From: Acidobacteriota bacterium
GTDB taxonomy: Bacteria > Acidobacteriota > Terriglobia > Terriglobales > SCQP01
Direction: 5' to 3'
DNA length: 64,000 nucleotides
NCBI GenBank assembly: GCA_027459505.1
Contig: DAIDIE010000041.1
Span: forward strand, 3,252-67,251
Shown here: one piece after another, positions 1 through 7,286 of the stretch
Numbering within the stretch: the first letter of the stretch is position 1
Layout: each line of letters starts with the position of its first letter
Made by a program: the position numbers and the translations under genes
The notes under the pieces: model-generated
Told to the model about the DNA's origin: nothing
The model's database searches: none
Seen by the model: only the letters and a program-made list of their open reading frames with translations

Positions 1-1
1 C

Positions 2-1303
2 GGGCAGGCCCGCCTCCTCGCGCACGCTGATGAGATCCGCCTGCACCTGCGGAGTATCCTGGCCAGTCCCCCGTTCCGCTCCAGTGGCCGCAGCCAGAAG
101 TTCCTCGACTACGTGGTCAATCGCGTCCTCATCGACCAGGCGGAGCCCCTCAAAGAACGCACCGTCGGCGTCGAGGTCTTCGGCCGACCCCCCGATTACG
201 ATACCGGCGATGATGCCATCGTCCGCGTCACCGCCCGCGAGGTTCGCCGCCGTCTCCAGAAATACTATGCGGGCAGCGGCCCCGCCGCCGGCTGGCGCAT
301 CGACATCCCCACCGGATCCTATGTTCCGGAGTTTCACTTCATCGAGAGCCGCAGCCCGGATGGCTCCCCTGCGCGGCGGGCCCGCCTCTCCGCGCGGCTC
401 AACGGCCTGCCATGGAGACGCCTGGGTTGGGCCGCGCTCGCCCCCGCCTGGCTCGCGCTGGGATGGCTGCTGGGCGGCCACGTCCGGTCGCGCCCCAAAG
501 CGCCGGCGGATGCCGGGCCGGTGGCGGCCCAGGCCGCCTTCTATCGCGACCTTCTGGCTCCGATCATTAAGGATCGCCAGCATCCGGTGGAGATCGCTCT
601 CAGCAATCCGCGCGTCTTTCTCTACGACGGCGCCGCCAGCGCCAATGGCTGGCGCGCTCGAACCCCGCTCAGTGCGCCGGTGCCGGCCCCTTTGCAACAC
701 CGCCTGGATCGCACCGCCGATGCCGGCGTCCTGGCCTCCCCCTATCGCCGGCTCGACTTCGCGCCTCTCGATTACACCGGCATGGGCGAAGCCGTCAGCG
801 CCTTTGCCGCCGGGCAGCTGCTGCAGGCGCAGGGACGCCCCTCGCAACTGATCCAGGCGCGCTTCCTCAACTGGGAAAACGCCCGCTCGCGCGACCTCGT
901 TCTGCTGGGCGCACCGCACATGAGCGCCTGGGTTCGCCAAAGCCTGGGCAGCGCCGATTTCAGCTTCACCCAAACCGCCATTCTCAACGCCCACCCCGGC
1001 CCCGGGGAGAAGCCCGCCTACGTCCTCCGCTATGCCCCCAACCAGGTGACCGATTACGCCCTTATCTGGATGACCCGCTCGCCGTCGGGCCGCCCCATCC
1101 TCCTGCTGGCCGGACTGCTCAGCGTCGGCACCGCCGGCGCCGGCGACTTTCTCGGCAATCCCCGGCTCATGCGGCCGGTCTATGAGCACCTCCGCGCGCT
1201 GGGACACGGGTCCGTCCCCCCGCGCTGGCAGGTTCTGCTGAAAGTCACCGCCCGCGACGGAATCCCCGTCGATGAAACCGCCATAGCCTGGCGCGCCTAC
1301 TAA
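2..1303 (+). CDS. Hypothetical single-pass membrane protein, 5-prime partial (the GTG at 113 is probably internal)
   Basis: The frame is open from nt 2. Translation upstream of 113 reads ILASPPFRSSGRSQKFLDYVVNRVL and is continuous with ORF 113..1303. One hydrophobic helix is present (LGWAALAPAWLALGWLLGG). Confidence 0.6.
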   Translation, partial: GQARLLAHADEIRLHLRSILASPPFRSSGRSQKFLDYVVNRVLIDQAEPLKERTVGVEVFGRPPDYDTGDDAIVRVTAREVRRRLQKYYAGSGPAAGWRIDIPTGSYVPEFHFIESRSPDGSPARRARLSARLNGLPWRRLGWAALAPAWLALGWLLGGHVRSRPKAPADAGPVAAQAAFYRDLLAPIIKDRQHPVEIALSNPRVFLYDGAASANGWRARTPLSAPVPAPLQHRLDRTADAGVLASPYRRLDFAPLDYTGMGEAVSAFAAGQLLQAQGRPSQLIQARFLNWENARSRDLVLLGAPHMSAWVRQSLGSADFSFTQTAILNAHPGPGEKPAYVLRYAPNQVTDYALIWMTRSPSGRPILLLAGLLSVGTAGAGDFLGNPRLMRPVYEHLRALGHGSVPPRWQVLLKVTARDGIPVDETAIAWRAY

Positions 1304-1530
1304 AAAACGACCCAAAAACCGCCGCCCTCAGCCTTCTGTAGATTCCCTTTCCCGTCAGGCGCCAACGGTCGCCCGGAATGCTACGGCGGTCCCATCCTCG
1401 CGAGCGTGCCGGTGAGAGCGTGCTGGAGATAGATGTTGCGGTTTGCCGCTTGAGGAAGTCAACCTTGCGCAAGGTAAGGGGTATCGAGCGCTTCGCGGTT
1501 CATTCTTTCTGTCTCTCGCTTCCCAGCTGA

Positions 1531-1632
1531 CCCGGCATACGCGCTTCGCGCTATGCCGGGCTAGTCTTGCCCGGCGCCGACCGTCGGCTCCGTCGTTGGC
1601 GTCCTGGCAGGCGCGTGGGCTGGGGCGCAGTA
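1531..1632 (+). repeat. Copy A of a ~100-nt repeat, inverted relative to 21349..21450
   Basis: cccggcatacgcgcttcgcgctatgccgggctagtcttgcccggcgccga...ctggcaggcgcgtgggctggggcgcagta matches the reverse complement of 21349..21450 with few mismatches outside a ~13-nt variable core. It begins with a hairpin, CCCGGCATA(N12)TATGCCGGG. Confidence 0.8.
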
Positions 1633-1756
1633 GCTCATTGGTCGGCGCTGCGCGATTCATTCTTTCTTCAGTTTGCTGGCCAATTCGAAACGTGCTCTTC
1701 TCTTCAAGGCACCCTCGGGCGTGGATGCGCCCGGTAATTCGAGCTAGAATCTCCGC

Positions 1757-2353
1757 ATGTCCACCCCAGCGCCCGCTCTCATCGACCAACAATGGAAGTT
1801 CTTGGAAAGCACGCTGCTGATGAATGCCAGGCGTGACTCCTTGTCGACCCGCGGCGGCCGCCACATCTACGAAAAGGCCTCCGAGGCCGACCGCGCACGC
1901 TTTCACGACGCTCTTGACGGCAAACTCCGTGAACTTGCCAGCCGCTATCTCGGCGCAAGTCCTGTAGACGACGAACAGCACATCCGGAACATCCGCGAGC
2001 TGCGGGAATACCTGAGCGAGCGATTCGCCGACTGTCTCAACAAAGGCAGCCTAACCTTCGGGGTGGCGCAGAAGGCATTGAACGTGTACCTGAAATACCT
2101 GTGGTGCGCCGGACGCTTGCAGACTGACCCGCCGCACTGCCCGTTTGATAGCGTGATCCTGAAGGCGCTCCGTAACGCGGATCGTCAGACTCCGAATGCC
2201 AAGTGGACAGAGGCGAGCGAGGAAGTTTACCGTAAATGGGTTAAGCAGGCGAAAGAATGCGCCGCAGCAAGAAATGGGAGCCTCAACCGCTGGGAACTGG
2301 CAGTCTACGCACAACGGAAGGGCAGCAAGGCAAGCAGGGTTGAGCCGATTTGA
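1757..2353 (+). CDS. Hypothetical protein, 198 aa, no family recognised
   Basis: Clean ATG ORF with balanced, non-low-complexity composition (GVAQKALNVYLKYLWCAGRLQTDPPHCPFDSVIL). It lies between repeat-rich noncoding tracts just upstream of the R-M operon. Confidence 0.55.
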   Translation: MSTPAPALIDQQWKFLESTLLMNARRDSLSTRGGRHIYEKASEADRARFHDALDGKLRELASRYLGASPVDDEQHIRNIRELREYLSERFADCLNKGSLTFGVAQKALNVYLKYLWCAGRLQTDPPHCPFDSVILKALRNADRQTPNAKWTEASEEVYRKWVKQAKECAAARNGSLNRWELAVYAQRKGSKASRVEPI

Positions 2354-2405
2354 TTACGCGCTCAGCGAGAACCGGAGCGGCCGGCTGCCGCCGCGGTCTG
2401 CCTAA

Positions 2406-2801
2406 GCCCGCCACAGGCGGGCGCCAATAGGCGCCTTGATTTCCTCGATCGTTTTGAATTCTCCTTTTCTGTCCCGGAATCCAAGCGCGCGCTAAGCACG
2501 CGTCAGCGTGCGCCAGAAAAGCGCGCGCCAAGCGACGGCGCAGCCCCGCGCCCATCGCGGGGCGGCTTTTGCGCACTGCGGTGCGCGCGGCGGAGGCGAG
2601 CCGGGCCTGGAGTCTACCCGCCGCGCGCCGCAGGCTCGCTGAGGCAAAGACCTGCTTTTGGGAGGCGCCGCCCCAAGGCCCGCCGCACGGCGGCCCGCCT
2701 GAAACCTCGCCGTAGCGAGGTGCCAATAGAAGACGCCGCGAAGCGTTCATTCCCGCGTGGAGGAGCCAAAGCCCGGAGGGTCCCCCGCCAAGGCGGGGGA
2801 A
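2406..2801. repeat. Array of short GC-rich perfect hairpins (REP-like palindromes)
   Basis: Examples are GCCCGCC-aca-GGCGGGC (2406-2422), GGCGCC-aata-GGCGCC (2420-2435), GCACGC-gtca-GCGTGC (2496-2511) and CCCCGCG-cccat-CGCGGGG (2544-2562). Further examples are GCGCAC-tgcg-GTGCGC (2571-2586), CCTCGC-cgta-GCGAGG (2705-2720) and TCCCCCGCC-aag-GGCGGGGGA (2781-2801). Confidence 0.7.
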
Positions 2802-2917
2802 AGCAGAAGGCCGCCGCGCCGCCAAGCCGGGGCCCACAGAACGCCGCTTTGGCTTTCTGGGCTGGCAGCGCGCAGGTGTGTTCCCCGGGTCTCGCCGTGC
2901 CCGCGAGTGCAGGGGCG
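2759..2917 (+). repeat. Direct repeat copy 1 (~150 nt), paired with 3339..3481
   Basis: ggaggagccaaagcccggagg...gaaagcagaaggccgccgcgccgccaagccgggg...gccgctttgg...gcaggggc aligns colinearly with 3339..3481 at high identity. Confidence 0.8.
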
Positions 2918-3072
2918 ACAAAGGAACGGGGCCGCGCGAGGCAATCGGTCAGACAGAGATGGACTCGAGATCTGGTTAGGGAAACCGCTTTTGATGTGAA
3001 CACTGCGCACTTGGCGCATCGGCACCGTGCCCTAGCCGGTCAAGTTCACCCGCGGCCTGGTGCGTTGTGGGC

Positions 3073-3171
3073 TCAGGTCGGCAGGTCCGCCGCGACGACG
3101 CTTGCCCCAATGGCCGAAATCATCTCAGACACTGAAGCTGCGAATGGCACAAGCCAGTTTGTTCTTTTCAT
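3073..3171 (-). CDS. Possible 32-aa small ORF (MKRTNWLVPFAASVSEMISAIGASVVAADLPT) with a strong Shine-Dalgarno
   Basis: AGGAGG (complement of 3177-3182) lies 5 nt upstream of the ATG (3171). It sits in an otherwise noncoding repeat region. No homology could be assessed. Confidence 0.25.
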   Translation of the reverse strand: MKRTNWLVPFAASVSEMISAIGASVVAADLPT

Positions 3172-3253
3172 GGGCACCTCCTGGGTGGCTCGCGTTCCTT
3201 CAAAACGGACCGACGAAAACACCGAACGACTCAACAGATGGCCAATGAGGCAA

Positions 3254-3300
3254 ACAATCGCCGCAGGAATCGAACCTGTCACCCAGGCATGACCTGCCCA
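3254..3300 (-). other. tRNA 3-prime-half-like fragment (T-arm plus acceptor-like strand), possible att-site relic
   Basis: The minus strand reads gggCAGGtcatgCCTGggtgACAGGTTCGATTCCTGCggcgattg, which contains the canonical GGTTCGATTCC T-loop motif. No matching 5-prime acceptor strand or anticodon arm lies upstream, so it is not an intact tRNA. Confidence 0.35.
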
Positions 3301-3338
3301 CCTAAGCCCACCTTTAAAGCATAGGAGCCACAAGCGTC

Positions 3339-3481
3339 GGAGGAACCAAAACCCGGAGGCTCCGCGTCAGCGGGAAAGCAGAAGGCCGCCGCGCCGCCAA
3401 GCCGGGGTCCCCAGAGCGCCGCTTTGGGCGTTCTGGGGTGGCAGCGCCGCCGGTCTCGCCGCGCCCGCGAGCGCAGGGGCT
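3339..3481 (+). repeat. Direct repeat copy 2, paired with 2759..2917
   Basis: ggaggaaccaaaacccggagg...gaaagcagaaggccgccgcgccgccaagccgggg...gccgctttggg...gcgcaggggc. Confidence 0.8.
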
Positions 3482-3651
3482 GAAAAAGAGAGAAAGTACC
3501 GAGGAAATCCGGCAGAAGTCGGCAAGCGGCGATCCGCTCCTATTCCGCGTTTTTGTAATGGAATCGCTGGGGCCTTCGGCTATAATCCGGGCTGAAAAGC
3601 TGAGTGCATCCACCTCCATGGCAAGCACTACACAGCGGGACCAAATAGCGG

Positions 3652-6093
3652 ATGGCTCTGAAGAAATCCCAACTCTATAGCTCGCTCTGGAAAAGTTGCG
3701 ACGAGCTGCGCGGCGGCATGGACGCTTCCCAGTACAAGGACTACGTCCTGGTCTTGCTGTTTATCAAATACGTCAGTGACAAGTACGCTGGCGTGCCCTA
3801 CGCAGCCATCACTATCCCGAAGGGAGCGAGCTTCAAGGACATGGTTGCCCTCAAGGGCAAGTCCGACATCGGCGACAAGATCAACACCAAGATCGTCGGT
3901 CCGCTATTTACCGCCAACAGGTTGGCGGACCCGCCGGACTTCAATGACCCTTCGAAACTCGGCAACGGCAAGGAAATGGTTGATCGCCTGACCAACTTGA
4001 TCGCCATTTTCGAGAACCCGGATCTCGACTTCTCGAAGAACCGCGCGGACGGCGACGACATTCTCGGAGACGCCTATGAGTACCTGATGCGTCACTTCGC
4101 TACTGAAAGCGGCAAGAGCAAGGGCCAGTTCTACACGCCCGCCGAAGTCAGCCGCGTCATTGCGCAGGTCGTGGGAATTCGCGGCGCCAAGACGACGCCG
4201 GAAACCACCGTGTACGATCCAACCTGCGGTTCAGGCTCTCTGTTATTGAAGGTCGCCGACGAGGCGGGTTCGACAGTCACCCTGTATGGACAGGAAAAGG
4301 ACTCCGCGACGAGTGCCTTGGCGCGCATGAACATGATCCTGCACAACAATGCCGGCGCCGTGATCGAGCCTGGCAACACGCTGGCGGAACCCAAGTTCAA
4401 GGATGGCGACACGCTCAAGACCTTCGACTACGTCGTCGCCAATCCGCCCTTCAGCGACAAGAGCTGGAGCAATGGCGTTGATGTCGAGGCGGACCGCCAC
4501 GACCGCTTTAAGCCCTTCGGCACGCCGCCCGCCAAGCAGGGCGACTATGCCTACCTGCTGCACATCGTCCGCTCCCTGAAAAGCACCGGCAAGGGCGCGT
4601 GCATTCTTCCGCACGGCGTGCTGTTTCGAGGCAACGCCGAGGCCGGCATTCGATCGGCCTTGGTACGCAAGGGCTACATCTCCGGCATCATCGGTCTGCC
4701 TGCCAATCTTTTCTATGGCACCGGCATTCCAGCCTGCATCGTGGTGTTGGACAAGCAGAAGGCGCACGCGCGCAAGGGCATCTTCATGATCGACGCCAGC
4801 GGTGGCTTCATGAAAGACGGCCCCAAGAACCGCCTGCGCGCTCAGGATATCCACAAGGTTGTCGATGTCTTCACCAAGCGGCTGGAGGTTCCGAAGTACT
4901 CGCGCATGGTTGCGGTCGAGGAGATCGAGCGGAACGATTTCAACCTGAATCTGCCGCGCTACATCGATAGTCAGACGCCGGAGGACCTTCAGGACATTGA
5001 GGGTCATTTGAAGGGCGGCATCCCCGTGATGGATGTGGACGACCTCGCGCCCTATTGGAGCGTCTGCCCAGCGCTCAGCAAAGCGTTGTTCAAGAAAAAC
5101 CGGCGTGGGTACGTGAACCTGGCGGTGGAAAAAGCCGCGATCAAGGCGACCATTTACGAGCACCCGGAGTTCGTTGCGTTCACCGCCGCGATGAACGGGC
5201 ATTTTGCAGCATGGCGGCGGAAACAATCGGCGGCGCTACGGAAGCTGAAAGCCGGGTGCCACCCCAAGCAGATCATCGCAGAGATAGCCGAGGGTTTGCT
5301 GGCCCATTACACCGGACGCCCGCTCCTCGATCCCTACGCGGCCTACCAGCACCTGATGGACTACTGGACCGAAACAATGCAGGACGACTGCTACCTGATC
5401 GCCGCTAATGGTTGGAAAGCCGAGCCCAGCCGCGTGATCGAGATAAAAAAATCGAAGGACGGGAAGACCGCCAAGACGGTGGACAAGGGCTGGGTCTGCG
5501 ACCTGGTTCCGAAGCCGCTCATCGTGGCGCGTTACTTCCCGGGGGAGCAGTCGGCGATCGACAGGCTCAGCGGCGAGCTGGACCTCGTCTCAGCGGAGAT
5601 TGCGGAACTCGAAGAGGAAAATAAAGGCGAGGACGGCGCCTTCGCGGAAATGGAAAAGGTCACCAAGACTGCCGTTGTGGCGCGGCCAAAAGAACTCGCG
5701 CTGTATGCGGGAGCCGAGGAGGATGTCTCCGTGCTCAGGGAATGGCTGCGCCTGAGCGAACGGGAGACGAAGCTTAAGGGACGGCTCAAGCAGGCCGAGG
5801 CCGGGCTCGACGCCAAGGCCCTTGCGCAATATTCAAAACTCGGGGAGGCCGACGTACAATCGCTGGTCGTCCATGACAAGTGGCTCGCCGCGCTCGATGC
5901 CGCCATCCATGGCGAAATGGATCGCATCAGCCAGGCGCTCAGCGCTCGCGTGAAAGAGCTGGCGGAACGTTACGAGACGCCGCTCCCGCAGTTGGTCAGC
6001 CGGGCGGCGGAACTGGAGGCCAAGGTCAACGGCCACCTCGAAAGGATGGGCTTCTCATGGAAGTCAAACCAGGCTACAAGCTCACTGAGATAG
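3652..6093 (+). CDS. hsdM: Type I restriction-modification N6-adenine DNA methyltransferase subunit M, long form (813 aa) with a C-terminal coiled-coil extension
   Basis: N-terminal HsdM-type start (LKKSQLYSSLWKSCDELRGGMDASQYKDYVLVLLFIKYVSD). SAM motif DPTCGSGSLL and catalytic motif VVANPPFS are present. hsdS and hsdR follow. Confidence 0.95.
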   Translation: MALKKSQLYSSLWKSCDELRGGMDASQYKDYVLVLLFIKYVSDKYAGVPYAAITIPKGASFKDMVALKGKSDIGDKINTKIVGPLFTANRLADPPDFNDPSKLGNGKEMVDRLTNLIAIFENPDLDFSKNRADGDDILGDAYEYLMRHFATESGKSKGQFYTPAEVSRVIAQVVGIRGAKTTPETTVYDPTCGSGSLLLKVADEAGSTVTLYGQEKDSATSALARMNMILHNNAGAVIEPGNTLAEPKFKDGDTLKTFDYVVANPPFSDKSWSNGVDVEADRHDRFKPFGTPPAKQGDYAYLLHIVRSLKSTGKGACILPHGVLFRGNAEAGIRSALVRKGYISGIIGLPANLFYGTGIPACIVVLDKQKAHARKGIFMIDASGGFMKDGPKNRLRAQDIHKVVDVFTKRLEVPKYSRMVAVEEIERNDFNLNLPRYIDSQTPEDLQDIEGHLKGGIPVMDVDDLAPYWSVCPALSKALFKKNRRGYVNLAVEKAAIKATIYEHPEFVAFTAAMNGHFAAWRRKQSAALRKLKAGCHPKQIIAEIAEGLLAHYTGRPLLDPYAAYQHLMDYWTETMQDDCYLIAANGWKAEPSRVIEIKKSKDGKTAKTVDKGWVCDLVPKPLIVARYFPGEQSAIDRLSGELDLVSAEIAELEEENKGEDGAFAEMEKVTKTAVVARPKELALYAGAEEDVSVLREWLRLSERETKLKGRLKQAEAGLDAKALAQYSKLGEADVQSLVVHDKWLAALDAAIHGEMDRISQALSARVKELAERYETPLPQLVSRAAELEAKVNGHLERMGFSWKSNQATSSLR

Positions 6094-7286
6094 GGGTCAT
6101 TCCGGAAGACTGGGGGGTTCAAAAGCTCGGGGCGCTTCTCCGAAGGCCCCCAAGCTACGGAATAAATGCCCCGGCGGTCCCGTTTAGTTTTCGGCTCCCG
6201 GCGTATCTTCGCATCACCGACATTACCGAAGACGGCCGGTTCGATCACACTGCGAAGGCGTCTGTCTCTCGCCCGGATGTGGCTGACTATCAACTTGTTC
6301 CCGGTGATATTGTCGTTGCGCGAACTGGGGCGAGCGTTGGGAAATCTTATCTCTATGATTTCCGAGACGGGGATCTGGCGTTTGCAGGATTCCTCATTCG
6401 CGTCAGCCCGGATCCGGAACGCTTGGTTCCAGCATTCCTGTCTTTCTACATGCAAAGCCCTTCCTACTGGGTCTGGATCCAAGCCAATTCGATGCGCAGC
6501 GGCCAGCCCGGTGTCAATGCGAAGCAATATGCCGCTCTCCTCCTGCCGCTTCCGCCTACGAGAGAACAGGAGGCTATCGTAGGGGCGCTAGGCGATGCCG
6601 ACGCGCTCATCGACTCCCTGAAACAGCTCCTCGCCAAGAAGCGCGACATCAAGGCGGGCGCTATGGAGGAATTGCTGACGGGCAAGCGCCGCCTTCCCGG
6701 CTTTAACGGACTCTGGAAGTCGCGTCCAATTGGCGAAATCGCGAATTCGATTACCGAGCGGAACACGGCTGGACGGGCGCTGCCGGTACTGACTTGTTCC
6801 AAGCGCCTTGGTTTCGTGGACTCACTACACTTCTTTAAGAACCAGGTGTTCAGTGATGATCTCTCGACATACAAAATAATAAGAAGAGACCAGATCGGCT
6901 ACCCGGCAAACCACGTTGAGGAAGGGTCGATTGGTCTTCAGGATCTCCATGATGCAGCTGTGGTGAGTCCGATCTACGTGGTGTTTTCGACCGTCGACGA
7001 CGTAGACAGCTATTTTCTTCACAGGCTGCTGAAACTCGACACCTACCGCTGGAGGTTTGCGACGGAGACTTCATCCTCGGTAGATCGACGCGGAAGTCTG
7101 CGCTGGCCGACCTTCTCTCAGATTGACGTCACGCTCCCCGAAATTGACGAGCAACGTGCTATTTCGGACGCGCTGCGGGCCTTTGAACGCGAGATCGCAG
7201 CGTTGGAAGACAAGCTCGACAAAGCCCGCGCAATCAAGAAGGGCATGATGCAGCAACTCCTCACCGGCAGGATTCGCCTGGTATGA
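6057..7286 (+). CDS. hsdS: Type I R-M specificity subunit S (two target-recognition domains)
   Basis: Both conserved spacer regions are present (LLPLPPTREQEAIVGALGDADALIDSL and LPEIDEQRAISDALRAFEREIAALEDKL...LLTGRIRLV). I chose the ATG at 6057 (MEVKPGYKL) rather than the track start 5880, whose extra 59 aa are Arg/Gly-rich and overlap hsdM. Confidence 0.85.
   Translation: MEVKPGYKLTEIGVIPEDWGVQKLGALLRRPPSYGINAPAVPFSFRLPAYLRITDITEDGRFDHTAKASVSRPDVADYQLVPGDIVVARTGASVGKSYLYDFRDGDLAFAGFLIRVSPDPERLVPAFLSFYMQSPSYWVWIQANSMRSGQPGVNAKQYAALLLPLPPTREQEAIVGALGDADALIDSLKQLLAKKRDIKAGAMEELLTGKRRLPGFNGLWKSRPIGEIANSITERNTAGRALPVLTCSKRLGFVDSLHFFKNQVFSDDLSTYKIIRRDQIGYPANHVEEGSIGLQDLHDAAVVSPIYVVFSTVDDVDSYFLHRLLKLDTYRWRFATETSSSVDRRGSLRWPTFSQIDVTLPEIDEQRAISDALRAFEREIAALEDKLDKARAIKKGMMQQLLTGRIRLV

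Noticed and set aside
3553-3586. Promoter for hsdM based on a perfect TATAAT at 3581-3586
   Set aside because: The only -35-like hexamer (TTGTAA, 3553-3558) is 22 nt away, which is too far for a canonical sigma70 promoter. I do not know the promoter rules for this lineage, so it is not reported as a feature.
4243-5226. 327-aa ORF antisense to hsdM
   Set aside because: It lies entirely inside a confidently identified gene on the other strand. The Arg/Gly/Ala/Val-rich composition is typical of shadow ORFs in high-GC DNA.
5880-6056. Upstream extension of hsdS (track start 5880), and likewise 33983-34198 for the 34199 gene and 55755-55904 for murC
   Set aside because: The extensions overlap the preceding genes or repeat DNA and have Arg/Gly/Pro-rich composition. 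Internal ATGs coincide with the onset of family homology or of signal peptides.
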